A stretch of 64,000 bases of DNA from Spirochaetia bacterium (lineage in GTDB: Bacteria; Spirochaetota; Spirochaetia; SZUA-6; Bin103), in contig OZ241907.1 in assembly GCA_965203515.1 (NCBI GenBank), positions 896,001 through 960,000 on the forward strand, given 5' to 3'. Positions within the stretch are counted from its first letter, which is position 1, and each line of letters opens with the position of its first letter. Shown piece by piece: positions 30,621 to 40,750 of the stretch. The notes beneath the pieces were generated by a model. It was not told the DNA's origin and searched no databases. It saw only the letters and a program-made list of their open reading frames with translations. The position numbers and the translations under genes were made by a program.

Positions 30621-31390
30621 CGGACGTGCGGGGCGCCGGTGCCGGGATCGCGATCGACCACCGCCTCCACGCCGAACACGTCGCGGAACCGCTGCGGGGT
30701 GAGCACCGTTGCGGGCGCGCCTTCGGCCACCAGCTCGCCTCCCGCCAGCAGCCCCAGTCGGTCGCAGTAGCGGCCCGCCAGCGACACGTCGTGCAGCGCC
30801 ACCAGCACCGCCGCGCCGGCGGCCGCTTCCGACCGCAGCGTCTCCATGGCCGCCAGCCGGTGGCGGAGGTCGAGGCCGGCGACCGGTTCGTCGAGGAGCA
30901 GGACGCGCGCCCGTTGCGCCAGCGAGCGCGCGACCAGCACCCGCTGCCGCTCGCCGCCGGACATGCGCTCGAGCTGTCGGCGCTCGAACCGTTCGGTCTC
31001 GGTCCGCGCCATCGCCGCGCGCGCGATCAGCCGGTCGTCGGCGCCCTCGAGCGCGAAGCGGCTCAGGTGCGGATATCGGCCCATCAGCACCGTCTCCAGC
31101 GCCGTGAACGGGTGCGCGGCTTCGTGCTGTGGCAAATACGCGATCCGCCGCGCCCGCTCCCGCGCCGGCAACGCCGTCAGGTCCGCCGGTCCCAGCCATA
31201 CCGAACCGGCGTCGGGGCGCGCCACGCCGGCCATCACCCGCAACAGCGTGCTCTTGCCGGCGCCGTTGGGGCCCACCAGACCGGTCACCCGGCCGGCGCG
31301 CGCGGCCAACGACACCGAGCGGAGCACCGGTCTCCCGGCCAGGCGCAGGGAGACCGCGCGCGCCGCCAGCGCGCCGTCGACCGGGGTCAC
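30578..31390 (-). CDS. cobalamin/iron-chelate ABC ATP-binding protein (BtuD-like)
   Basis: GPNGAGKST, MSGGERQR, LDEP, LHD. Confidence 0.88.
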   Translation of the reverse strand: MTPVDGALAARAVSLRLAGRPVLRSVSLAARAGRVTGLVGPNGAGKSTLLRVMAGVARPDAGSVWLGPADLTALPARERARRIAYLPQHEAAHPFTALETVLMGRYPHLSRFALEGADDRLIARAAMARTETERFERRQLERMSGGERQRVLVARSLAQRARVLLLDEPVAGLDLRHRLAAMETLRSEAAAGAAVLVALHDVSLAGRYCDRLGLLAGGELVAEGAPATVLTPQRFRDVFGVEAVVDRDPGTGAPHVRLIGPVPLIGPTAT

Positions 31391-32406
31391 GGCGCTCCGT
31401 ACGGCTCGAAGTCGCTGAACGTCACGTCCCGGAACCGATCCGGGTACAGCAGCCGCGCGGCCTCCTCGATGCCGCGCACGTTCCAGTGGGAGAGCGTCGT
31501 GTAGTAGCGCGGGTCGGCGACGATCACGCGGTCGTCGGCGATCGCCGGCACCGCGGCGAGCGCCCGATCTCCGGTCAGGTCGTCCCGAAGCCGCGCGCCC
31601 GAGTCGGCCGGCTGCGTGATCAGGATCACGTCCGGGTCCATGGCGGCGATCGATTCCACGCTCACCGCCTGATGGCCGGAGATACCGTCGCGGGCCGCGG
31701 CGTTGACGCCCCCGGCGGCTTCGATGATGCCGCCTTCGGTCGAGCCGCCGCCGGCCGCGCTGATCGTCTCCGCGAAGCGGGCGATCGACAGGACCGCCGG
31801 CCGCGACCGGTCGCCGGGCAGCGGCACCCGGTCGGCGACCAGCGCCAGCCGCCGCTCGATCTCGGCGACCAGCGCCAGGGCGCGTTCCTCGACGCCGAGC
31901 AGGTAGCCGAGCAGCAGGATGTTGGGGATGTTGCCGGCCGCCGAGCTCTGCAGCTCCGCGCGCACGACCGGAACGCCGGCCTCCTCGATCAGGGCGACCA
32001 GGTCCGCCGCGGTGTACCGGGAGGCGACCACCACGTCCGGCCGCGTCGCCAGCGCCGCCTCGACCCCGCTCGGTACGATCGCCATGCCGGCGACCTGGTC
32101 GGCGACGTTGGAGTAGGTCGGATCGGCCGTGAACCGGCCAACGCCCGCGAACCGGCCGCGCGCGACCAGCGCCAGCAACATCTCGTCGTGGCCGAGCGAG
32201 AGGGCCAGTATCCGCTGCGGAGGCGCCTCCACGCGGACCCGCCCGGCCGAGCTCTCGACCTCACGCGGCCAGCCCCGGTTCGATGCGTCGACGATGCCGG
32301 GCACCGCCGGATAGTCGACCGGTCTCTGCGCTGCCGCGCCGATCGCGTACGTTGCGAGCAGACCGGCGCACGCGGCCATCCGTAGCGGTCTCTTCCAGGT
32401 ATCCAT
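31387..32406 (-). CDS. cobalamin ABC substrate-binding protein (BtuF-like)
   Basis: Signal peptide, PQRILAL, AGGVNAA, DPDVI; GAGGAGG RBS. Confidence 0.82.
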   Translation of the reverse strand: MDTWKRPLRMAACAGLLATYAIGAAAQRPVDYPAVPGIVDASNRGWPREVESSAGRVRVEAPPQRILALSLGHDEMLLALVARGRFAGVGRFTADPTYSNVADQVAGMAIVPSGVEAALATRPDVVVASRYTAADLVALIEEAGVPVVRAELQSSAAGNIPNILLLGYLLGVEERALALVAEIERRLALVADRVPLPGDRSRPAVLSIARFAETISAAGGGSTEGGIIEAAGGVNAAARDGISGHQAVSVESIAAMDPDVILITQPADSGARLRDDLTGDRALAAVPAIADDRVIVADPRYYTTLSHWNVRGIEEAARLLYPDRFRDVTFSDFEPYGAP

Positions 32407-32493
32407 GATTTCCTCCTCAGTGCAGGTACCGGTTTCGTATCGTTTCGTCGCAGGGTTTGCGTGTTGCATGGGGTATCCGTCGGCTCGTTCTCG

Positions 32494-33564
32494 CTACAGC
32501 ATCCCCGCGCGCGCTTTGTGGCGGGCGAGCAGGAACAGGAAGAACGGCGCGCCGACCAGGGCGGTGACGATGCCGACGCGCACCTCCGCCGGGGCGATGA
32601 CCACGCGGGCTACGGTGTCGGCGGCCAGCAGAAACACCGCGCCGCCCAGGGCGCTCAGCGGGATCAGCACGCGGTGGTCGGCGCCGGCGATCAGGCGGAG
32701 CGCGTGCGGGACGATCAGCCCCACGAACGCGATCGTCCCGGAGAACGCCACCGCAGTGCCGGTGATCAGAGACGCGGCGAGCAGCAGGACGGTTCGGATC
32801 GCCCCGACGCGCACGCCGAGCGACCGCGCTTCCTCCTCGCCGACCATGAGCAGGTTCAGGTCCCGCGACAGCAGCACGGCGACCGCAATGCCGGCCAACG
32901 AGAACGGCGCCGCAAGCCGCACGTCGGTCCACCGCGACGCGTCGAGCCCGCCGGCGAGCCAGAAGATCATCTCGCGCTGCGCGCCGAGATCTTCGGTGAA
33001 CAGCACGATGGCGGCGATGACCGCGGCGAGGAACGCGCTCACCGCCACTCCTGCCAGCAGCAGCGCCGCCATCGAAAAGCGCCCGCCGACCGAGGCGACG
33101 GCGAACACCAGCGCAAGGGCGCCGCCGGCGCCGACGAACGCCATGGCCGGCAGCGTCAGCGGCGAAGCCGCCTGCGCGCCGACCGCGATCGCCGTCACCG
33201 CGCCCAGCGCGCCGCCGGTCGACACGCCGATGATGCCCGGGTCGGCCATCGGGTTGCGGAACAGCCCCTGCATCACGGCGCCCGCCACTCCCAGGGCGGC
33301 GCCGACGATCAGCGCCAGGGTGATCCGCGACAGCCGGATCGTCTCGATGATGGCGCGCTCGGCATCGTTGGCCGCCGGGGCGGGCACGCCGAATCGCTCG
33401 AGCAGGATGGCGGCGCTGTGCGAGAAGGGGATCGCGTACGGGCCGACGGCCGCGGCCGTCACGATCAGGCCCGCGGCGCACGCGGCAAGCAGCGCGCCGC
33501 CGCCCGCCAGCCGTGCGACGATCGGCGACCGCGCTATCGCGTGACCTCTCCGTTCGCCCCGCAC
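32494..33564 (-). CDS. FecCD/BtuC-family permease
   Basis: QGLFRNPMADPGIIGV, GTIAFVGLIVPH, GAPFF; start uncertain. Confidence 0.88.
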   Translation of the reverse strand: MRGERRGHAIARSPIVARLAGGGALLAACAAGLIVTAAAVGPYAIPFSHSAAILLERFGVPAPAANDAERAIIETIRLSRITLALIVGAALGVAGAVMQGLFRNPMADPGIIGVSTGGALGAVTAIAVGAQAASPLTLPAMAFVGAGGALALVFAVASVGGRFSMAALLLAGVAVSAFLAAVIAAIVLFTEDLGAQREMIFWLAGGLDASRWTDVRLAAPFSLAGIAVAVLLSRDLNLLMVGEEEARSLGVRVGAIRTVLLLAASLITGTAVAFSGTIAFVGLIVPHALRLIAGADHRVLIPLSALGGAVFLLAADTVARVVIAPAEVRVGIVTALVGAPFFLFLLARHKARAGML

Positions 33565-33697
33565 CCCGAGCCGCTCCTTCGCCGCTCCGCGCGCGGGATG
33601 ACGCCCCTGAACCGGACCTGATCCCCGTATCCTGCCCCGGATCGGGGAAGGCTCGATCTGAGGCGCTCCCTGAGCGGGGAGCGGCCACTCAGCCGTG

Positions 33698-33895
33698 CCC
33701 GGCAGGTCTCCTGGCTCCCGGCTCGACGCCGTCCCGCGCCTTCCCATCCGTTCGGGTCGGACCCCGGTTCGGGTCCGACCCGTCGCGGACAGTGGCATCA
33801 GCGGGCGGCTGACCGGTCACAGTGGCGCCACCGCAGCGGATTCTCACCGCTTTCCCTGTTCGGCTTTCGCTTCCTCGAAAGCACCGGGCAAGGTC
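33698..33895 (-). ncRNA. cobalamin (B12) riboswitch
   Basis: Minus strand: GGT...AGGGAAAGCGGTGAGAATCCG...GCCACTGTGA...GCCACTG...GGGAAGG...GAGCCAGGAGACCTGCC, upstream of the Btu-like ABC operon. Confidence 0.9.
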
Positions 33896-34015
33896 TGCCT
33901 TTTCGTTACTGTTCGGCGCCAACAGACTACCGACCGCGCGGCCCTGGTGTCAACGCGCGCGCGGCGGGCGGTTCGACGGCGCTCGGTCGACGGTGCGTCC
34001 GGGCGGCGCGACCGG

Positions 34016-36805
34016 TCAGGAAGCGGCTCTCTGTCCGGATGGCCGCCTGGCGGCGGTCGAGCTCTTGCGCCGGGCCGGGCGGCGCGCGGCCGGCCCCCGC
34101 TCGCGGCGGAGCTGCAGGAGCTCCGCCGCCCGTTCGGGAGCGATCAGCTCGACGGTGTCCCCCGTACGGAGCGAGGCGTTGGTCTGCCCGTCGGTGACGT
34201 ACGGTCCCCAGCGGCCCTCCTTGAGCACCATCGGCCGGCCGGTCGCCGGGTCGGCGCCCAGCTCGCGCAGGGGCGGCTTGGCCGCCGCCCGGCGGCGGCG
34301 CTTCGGCTGCGACAGGAGCTCCAGGCACTCCTCCAGCGTGATGCTGAACAGCAGCGCCTCGGAGTCGAGCGTGCGGCTGTCGGAGCCCCGCTGGATGTAC
34401 GGCCCGTACCGGCCGTTGCGGGCGGTGATCGGGGTGCCGTCGGCAGGGTCGACGCCCACGGTGCGCGGCAGCGACAGCAGCTTCAGTGCGCCCTCCAGAT
34501 CGATGCCGTCCAGCGTCATCGACTCCAGCAGGGACGCGGTCCGGGGCTTCTTCTTGCCGGCGTCCTCGACGGTGCCGACCTGCACGTACGGCCCGAAGCG
34601 TCCCGCGCGGGCGATCACCGGCAGGCCGGTTTCGGGATCGTCGCCGAGCACGCGGTCGTGGGTGGGCGCCTCGATCAGCTGCAGGGCGCGGTCGACGGTC
34701 AGCTCGTCGGGCGGGATTTCGTCGGGGATGGCGGCCCGTTGCGGGCCGCGCTCCACGTACGAGCCGAAGCGCCCCACGCGCGCCGTGATCTCGCCGCCGC
34801 CGTCGTCGGTGCCGATCGCCACCGAGTTGACGTGGCGCGCGTCGATCGCTCCCAGCCGGTCGGAGACCATCGCCTTGAGCCCCGAGGGCTGCCGATCCGG
34901 CGTCTGCCCGTTGGCGGAGCCGGCGCCGCCGCGCGCCGGCGCTTCGGCGCCGAAGTAGAAGCGGTGGAGCCACGGCTGCGCCTGCTCGTCGCCGGTGGCG
35001 ATGTTGTCCAGGTCGTCTTCCATCCGCGCGGTGAAGGTGTAGTCGACCAGGTCGGAGAAATGGAGCTCCAGCAGCCGGACGACCGAGAACGCGGTGAAGG
35101 TGGGGACCAGCGCCGCGCTCCGCTTCCACACGTAGCCGCGGTCCTGAATGGTGGTCATGATCGCGGCGTAGGTCGACGGCCGGCCCACGCCCAGTTCCTC
35201 CAGCCGCTTGACCAGCGATGCTTCGGTGTAGCGCGCCGGCGGCGAGGTCTCGTGGCCGGTCGGCTCCAACCGCTCCAACCCCAGCCGCTCACCTTCGGTC
35301 ACTGCCGGAAGCGGACGCTCGGAGTCGCCGTTCGACCGCGCCGCGCCGCGCTCCTCGGCGTCGGCGCCTTCCGAGTACGCGCGGCGGAATCCGTGGTGGC
35401 TGATCGTGGTGCCGGACGCGGTGAACTCGGCGTCGCGCCCGTCTGCGGCGGCGCCGCCCACCCGCACCTGCACCGTGCTGCCCACCGCGTCGGTCATCTG
35501 CGACGCGATCGTGCGCTTCCAGATCAAGTCGTAGACCGCCGCTTCGCCGCTCGACAGGCCGCCGCGCACCTCCTCCGGGGTGCGGAAGCGGGTGCCGGCC
35601 GGCCGGATCGCCTCATGGGCTTCCTGGGCGTTCTTGACCTTCTTGGCGTAGCGGCGCGGCGATGGCGGCAGGTAGCCGTCTCCGAATCGCTCGGCGATGG
35701 CGTGGCGGGCGGCCCGCAATGCGGTCTGCGAGAGGGTGGTGCTGTCGGTGCGCATGTAGGTGATGTAGCCCTTCTCGTACAGCGTCTGCGCCGCGCGCAT
35801 CGCCGCGGTGGCCGGGATGCGCAGCTTGCGGCCGGCTTCCTGCTGGAACGTGGAGGTCATGAACGGAGCCGCCGGGCGGCGCCGATAGGGCTTGCGGTCG
35901 ACGCTCCGCACGCGGAACCCGGTCTCCCGGAGCGCGGCGGTCAGGGCGCGGGCGGCCGCCTCGTCGAGGTGTACGGCGCCGGCGCGCTTGAGCGCGCCGT
36001 CCTGCGTGAAGCTGGAGCCGCCGGCCACCGGCTTGCCGTCCAGGGAGGCGAGCGTCGCGGCGAAGTCCCGTGGCGCGGCGGCCTCCTGCGGCGCGGCGGC
36101 CTCCTGCGGCGCGGCGGCCTCCCGCGGCGCCGCGGCCTCCACCGGACCCGGCGCGCTGAAGACGGCGGTCAGGCTCCAGTAGCGGGCCGCCACGAACGCC
36201 ATCCGCTCGCGCTCGCGCTCGACGACGATGCGGGTGGCGACGCTCTGCACGCGGCCGGCCGACAGGCGCGGCTGGACCTTCTTCCACAGCACCGGCGACA
36301 CCTCGTAGCCGTACAGGCGGTCCAGGATGCGGCGCGCCTCCTGCGAGTCGACCAGCCGGCGGTCGATGCTGCGCGGGGCGGCGAGCGCCGCCTCGATCGC
36401 CGGTCGGGTGATCTCGTGAAACACCATGCGCTTCACGTCCATGCCGTCCGGCGGGTTCAGCACTTGATACAGGTGCCAGGCGATCGCCTCGCCCTCGCGG
36501 TCCTCGTCGGTCGCAAGGTACAGGACCTCGGCCGTTGCCAGCAGGTCCTTCAGCTTCCTGATCTGCCGCCGCTTGTCCGGCGACAGCACGTAGAGCGGCT
36601 TGAATCCGTTGTCGACGTCGATGCCAAGACGCGCCCAGGGCAACGCCTTGTAGCGGGCGGGGACGTCGGCGGCGCTCCGTGGCAGGTCGCGGACGTGGCC
36701 GATCGAGGACTCGACCACGAAGCCGTCGCCCAGGAAGCGGGCGATGGTGTTGGCCTTGGCGGGCGACTCGACGATGACCAGGGCTTTGGTTGCTGTCTTG
36801 GGCAC
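34016..36805 (-). CDS. topA: DNA topoisomerase I (type IA with C-terminal Topo_C repeats)
   Basis: VIVESPAKA, ATDEDREGE, SAGRVQS, ITYMRTDS, AQEAHEAIRP, GRPSTY, GR(F/Y/W)G.Y repeats. Confidence 0.95.
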   Translation of the reverse strand: MPKTATKALVIVESPAKANTIARFLGDGFVVESSIGHVRDLPRSAADVPARYKALPWARLGIDVDNGFKPLYVLSPDKRRQIRKLKDLLATAEVLYLATDEDREGEAIAWHLYQVLNPPDGMDVKRMVFHEITRPAIEAALAAPRSIDRRLVDSQEARRILDRLYGYEVSPVLWKKVQPRLSAGRVQSVATRIVVERERERMAFVAARYWSLTAVFSAPGPVEAAAPREAAAPQEAAAPQEAAAPRDFAATLASLDGKPVAGGSSFTQDGALKRAGAVHLDEAAARALTAALRETGFRVRSVDRKPYRRRPAAPFMTSTFQQEAGRKLRIPATAAMRAAQTLYEKGYITYMRTDSTTLSQTALRAARHAIAERFGDGYLPPSPRRYAKKVKNAQEAHEAIRPAGTRFRTPEEVRGGLSSGEAAVYDLIWKRTIASQMTDAVGSTVQVRVGGAAADGRDAEFTASGTTISHHGFRRAYSEGADAEERGAARSNGDSERPLPAVTEGERLGLERLEPTGHETSPPARYTEASLVKRLEELGVGRPSTYAAIMTTIQDRGYVWKRSAALVPTFTAFSVVRLLELHFSDLVDYTFTARMEDDLDNIATGDEQAQPWLHRFYFGAEAPARGGAGSANGQTPDRQPSGLKAMVSDRLGAIDARHVNSVAIGTDDGGGEITARVGRFGSYVERGPQRAAIPDEIPPDELTVDRALQLIEAPTHDRVLGDDPETGLPVIARAGRFGPYVQVGTVEDAGKKKPRTASLLESMTLDGIDLEGALKLLSLPRTVGVDPADGTPITARNGRYGPYIQRGSDSRTLDSEALLFSITLEECLELLSQPKRRRRAAAKPPLRELGADPATGRPMVLKEGRWGPYVTDGQTNASLRTGDTVELIAPERAAELLQLRRERGPAARRPARRKSSTAARRPSGQRAAS
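36068..36139 (-). repeat. 4 x 18-bp in-frame tandem repeat in topA (EAAAP[R/Q])
   Basis: Translation EAAAPR-EAAAPQ-EAAAPQ-EAAAPR. Confidence 0.85.
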
Positions 36806-36838
36806 GGGCAGAACATACGGCCCGTGTGCCGACCGTTG

Positions 36839-37627
36839 TCAAGCAGGGGCATGGCCCAGGGCGGAGTCGTCGATCGCCTGCAGCGGGGTGAAGTCGCGGT
36901 TGTTCTGGAACCAGGGGCGGTCGCCGTTGGTGCAGGCGTTGCCGCACGCATTGTAGATCAGGTACAGGATCGCGCGCCGCCACGGCGAGATGTTGTTCGC
37001 CGAACCGTGGATGAGGTTGCAGTCGACCAGCGCCACGGTGCCGGCGCCGCCGACCAGCGGCTCGATGCCGTGCTCGTCGGCCAGCCGCGCGACGGTGGCG
37101 CGGTCCAGCTCGTACAGCGAATAGCCCTTCGCGTCGCGGTGCAGCTCGATCGAGTCGATGAACCCATGGCGGTGCGACCGCGGGATCACCAGCAGCGGCG
37201 ACTGCGCAACCGAGCAGTCGTCGATGAATACCGACGCCATGATGCAGTCCGGCCGCTGCATGCCGTCCACGCGCTGCCAGGCGCTGTAGTCCTGATGCCA
37301 GTCCCAGCGGGCGCCGGAGCCGAAGCCCTCCTTGGGGTTGAGCCGGCTCTGGTGCAGGTAGACGTCGTCGTTCAGCAACTGCCGGACCGGTTCCAGCAGC
37401 CGCGGCAGCACCGACAGGCGTCGGAACGGTTCGGAGAACCGATGCGCGCCGAACACCAGCCGCGCGCCGGCCCCGTCCTGCTCGCGGATCGCTTCCGGCC
37501 CGGTCCTGCTCAGGACCGCCGGCAGCGCCGCGCGCAGCGCCCGCACCTCCTGCGCGTCGAGCAGATCCCGGAACAGCAGGTACCCGACCTCCCGGTAACG
37601 CCGGAGCTGTTCCTGGTTCAGCCGCAT
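36839..37627 (-). CDS. PhyH-family dioxygenase (ectoine/proline hydroxylase-like)
   Basis: HQSRLNPK.GF, WHQDY..W...DGM, HGS..N.SP..R. Confidence 0.82.
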   Translation of the reverse strand: MRLNQEQLRRYREVGYLLFRDLLDAQEVRALRAALPAVLSRTGPEAIREQDGAGARLVFGAHRFSEPFRRLSVLPRLLEPVRQLLNDDVYLHQSRLNPKEGFGSGARWDWHQDYSAWQRVDGMQRPDCIMASVFIDDCSVAQSPLLVIPRSHRHGFIDSIELHRDAKGYSLYELDRATVARLADEHGIEPLVGGAGTVALVDCNLIHGSANNISPWRRAILYLIYNACGNACTNGDRPWFQNNRDFTPLQAIDDSALGHAPA

Positions 37628-37671
37628 CGGTGCATCATACCGTTACCCATGACCCACCGGGAGCCGAACCG

Positions 37672-39477
37672 ATGAGCGCACGCGCCGCCGCCGCGCGGGG
37701 CCGCCGCCCCGGCGCGCTGGACGGCCCGAACAAGGAGCGTCCGTCGCTGTCGCGGGCCAGCATCCGCCAGGCGCTGGTCACCATCATCTGGCCGCGGCGG
37801 TGGCTGCTGCTGCTCGGGCTGGGCCTGATCGGCATCAACCGGCTGTCCGGCCTGGTGCTGCCGGGGGCGTCCCGGGTGCTGGTCGACGACGTCGTCGGCG
37901 AGCGGAACACGTCGCTGCTGCCGCTGCTGCTGGTCGTGGTGGGCGCCGCCGTGCTGACGCAGGCGGCCAGCTCGTTCCTGCTGACGCGTCTGCTCAGCGT
38001 GCAGGCGCATCGCCTGATCGCGCTCCTGCGCGCCCGCGTGCAGCGCCACCTGATCCGCCTGCCGGTAGCCTTCTTCGACGACAATCAGACCGGGGCGCTG
38101 GTGTCGCGCGTGATGCGGGACGTGGAGGGGGTGCGCAACCTGATCGGCACCGGGCTGGTCCATCTGGTGGGCGGCGGGCTGACGGCCGTCGCCGCGCTGG
38201 TCCTGATGCTGCGCATCAGCGCTCAGATGACGCTGTTCACGCTGGTGCCGCTGGCGGTGTTCGGCGTCGTGTCGGCCAAGGCGTTCCGGGCGATACGTCC
38301 GATCTTTCGCGATCGGGGCGCCATCAACGCCGAGGTCACCGGCCGGCTCACCGAGTCGTTGAGCGGCATTCGCGTGATCAAGGGCTTCCACGCCGAGCCG
38401 CACGAGGACCGGGTCTTCTCGCGAGGCGTGGAGCGCATCTTCGAGAACGTGCGCACGTCGCTCACCGCGACCAGCCTGCTCACCAGCGGCGGCGGGCTGA
38501 TCATGGGGCTCTCCGCGGTGCTGATCATGGGCGTGGGCGCGGCCCTTATCCTGCGCGGCGCCATGACGATCGGCGACTTCGTATCGTTCAGCCTGTACCT
38601 GGGCTTCATGATCGCCCCGATCGTGCAGATGAGCCGCATCGGCACCGAGCTGACCGAGACGCTCGCCGGCCTGGACCGGACCGAGGAGGTGCTGGCAAAG
38701 CGGCCGGAGGGCCAGGAGCCGGGACGCACGGTGGCGCTGCCGCGGCTGCGCGGCGACATCGCCTTCGAGCGGGTCTCCTTCGGGTACCGGGAGGACCAGG
38801 CGGTGCTCCACGACGTGAGTCTGCAGGCGGCGGCCGGCACCATGACCGCGCTGGTCGGCACCTCGGGATCGGGCAAGACCACGATCGCGGGACTGGCGGC
38901 GGCCTTCCTGCTGCCGGATTCCGGCGTGGTGACGATCGACGGCCGCGACCTGACCACCGTCACCCTGGACAGCTACCGGCGCCAGCTCGGCGTGGTGCTG
39001 CAGGACGAATTCCTGTTCGAGGGCACCATCCGCGACAACATCCTCTTCGCGCGTCCGCAGGCGGGCGAGGAGGAGCTGCGGCGGGCGGTGCGCGCCGCGT
39101 ACGTCGACGAGTTCACCGATCGCTTCGACGACGGGCTGGAAACGCTCATCGGCGAGCGGGGCGTCAAGCTGTCGGGCGGCCAGCGGCAGCGGGTGGCGCT
39201 GGCGCGCGCCGTGCTGGCCGACCCGCGCGTGCTGATCCTGGACGAGGCGACGTCGAATCTCGACACGGAGAGCGAGGCGCTGATCCAGCGGAGCCTCGCC
39301 GAGCTGATGGTGGGCCGCACCACGCTGGTGATCGCGCACCGGCTGAGCACGATCCGGCGCGCCGATCAGATCCTGGTGGTGGAGGAGGGGCGGATCGTCG
39401 AGCGCGGCACGCACGAGCAGCTCATCGCCGCGGACGGCCGCTACCGCCGGCTCTACGAGTACCAGGCGCGCATCTGA
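37672..39477 (+). CDS. ABC exporter with fused permease and ATPase (MsbA-like)
   Basis: 6-TM domain followed by GTSGSGKTT, LSGGQRQR, DEATS, IAHRLST. Confidence 0.9.
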   Translation: MSARAAAARGRRPGALDGPNKERPSLSRASIRQALVTIIWPRRWLLLLGLGLIGINRLSGLVLPGASRVLVDDVVGERNTSLLPLLLVVVGAAVLTQAASSFLLTRLLSVQAHRLIALLRARVQRHLIRLPVAFFDDNQTGALVSRVMRDVEGVRNLIGTGLVHLVGGGLTAVAALVLMLRISAQMTLFTLVPLAVFGVVSAKAFRAIRPIFRDRGAINAEVTGRLTESLSGIRVIKGFHAEPHEDRVFSRGVERIFENVRTSLTATSLLTSGGGLIMGLSAVLIMGVGAALILRGAMTIGDFVSFSLYLGFMIAPIVQMSRIGTELTETLAGLDRTEEVLAKRPEGQEPGRTVALPRLRGDIAFERVSFGYREDQAVLHDVSLQAAAGTMTALVGTSGSGKTTIAGLAAAFLLPDSGVVTIDGRDLTTVTLDSYRRQLGVVLQDEFLFEGTIRDNILFARPQAGEEELRRAVRAAYVDEFTDRFDDGLETLIGERGVKLSGGQRQRVALARAVLADPRVLILDEATSNLDTESEALIQRSLAELMVGRTTLVIAHRLSTIRRADQILVVEEGRIVERGTHEQLIAADGRYRRLYEYQARI

Positions 39478-39556
39478 CCGGTCAGGCGGCGGCGCGGCGC
39501 CCGGTCAGGAGGCGTGGCGCCCGGTCAGGCGGCGTGGCCCGGTCAGGCGGCGCGGC
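39478..39556. repeat. four ~20-bp CCGGTCAGG-containing tandem units between convergent genes
   Basis: Units at about 39478, 39501, 39521 and 39539. Confidence 0.75.
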
Positions 39557-40520
39557 GCGCCACGTCGATGAGCGCGCGGATGTAGCCGATCGCGTAGGCG
39601 CGGCCGCGGTGGCCCCATGCCGTGTCGTCGACCATCGCCGGCACGTGGTCGGTGATCATGAAGCCGGTGAAGCCGACCTCGTGCAGCGCCTGCACCACCG
39701 CGAACGTGTCGACGTTGCCCTCGTCTATGAAGCACTCGTTGAAGCGCGGCACCTCGCCCTGCACGTCGCGGAAGTGGACGTAGACGATCCGGTCCCGGCC
39801 GCCGAAGTGGCGCACCGCGTCCAGCACGCCGCCCGGACCCATCTCCGACCAGCAGCCCATGCAGAAGTCCAGGCCGTGATTGGGGCTGTCGAACGTGTCG
39901 ATGGCGCGCTTGAAGCCATCGAAGTTGCGGAAGATGCGCGCCACGCCGCCGAGCGACGGCACCGGCGGGTCGTCCGGGTGGAGCGCCAGGGTGACGCCGG
40001 CCTCCTCGGCGACCGGCAGCACGGCGCGCAGGTAGTATTTGTAGTTGGCCCACATCTCGGCCTCGTCGAACTCGCGGCCGTGGGTGAGGGGAGCGTCCCC
40101 GTGCTCGGCCAGGTCGAACCGGGTGGCCAGCGCGCCGCCTCGCAGCCGCGCGCGCTCGGGGGAGCGCCACACCCGATTCGGCATCCAGTGATACCCCAGG
40201 ATCGGGATGCCGGCGCGGCCCATGTTGCGGATGGTCGCCTGCATGTGCTCGATCTGCTCGTCGCGGCCGGGCAGGCCCAGCATCGCCTTGTCGTAGAACG
40301 TTACCGGCACGTTCTCCAGGCACATCAGCCGCAGCTCGGCGGCATCGGCCCGCTCCCGCAGCGCCGTCAGGTCGGCCAGCTCCCACCGTTCGCCGCCGGG
40401 CAGATCGGGCGTGTTCATCAGGAAGTCGTCGGCGCCGAGCTGCTTGATGAAGGCGAGCTTCTCGTCGGTGAGCTCCCTGAACTGCCCCAGCCCGATTCTC
40501 ATCTCGTCTGCCGATCGCAT
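39543..40520 (-). CDS. uxuA: mannonate dehydratase family
   Basis: ALHPDDPP, FCMGCWSEMG, VHFRDV, ECFIDEG, DHVP, AYAIGYI. Confidence 0.85.
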   Translation of the reverse strand: MRSADEMRIGLGQFRELTDEKLAFIKQLGADDFLMNTPDLPGGERWELADLTALRERADAAELRLMCLENVPVTFYDKAMLGLPGRDEQIEHMQATIRNMGRAGIPILGYHWMPNRVWRSPERARLRGGALATRFDLAEHGDAPLTHGREFDEAEMWANYKYYLRAVLPVAEEAGVTLALHPDDPPVPSLGGVARIFRNFDGFKRAIDTFDSPNHGLDFCMGCWSEMGPGGVLDAVRHFGGRDRIVYVHFRDVQGEVPRFNECFIDEGNVDTFAVVQALHEVGFTGFMITDHVPAMVDDTAWGHRGRAYAIGYIRALIDVARRAA

Positions 40521-40750
40521 GTCGTCCTCCTCTCTCGATCCCGCCGGCGTCAACCGGCAGGTCTGGTATTACCGTAGAATTTACGAGTCCGTCGAACCAA
40601 GTTGTCAAACGCTCGACGAGCTCGAACCCGAGCGCGCGACGGCCCAATTCAAGGTGGAGCGGGTGGCAGCGCGCGTGCTATCGTGGCGAGGGGAGAGGAT
40701 GATGCAGCGTGTCGGAGGCCGGCGGCATGGCCGGCGGGAGCGATAGCGCG

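Noticed and set aside
36839..37627. ectD gene symbol
   Set aside because: Has WHQDY rather than the EctD WHSDFETWH signature, and there is no ectABC context.
37672..39477. Dedicated exporter/protease for the NHLP peptides
   Set aside because: No N-terminal C39 peptidase domain and not contiguous with the cluster; looks like a generic MsbA-like exporter.
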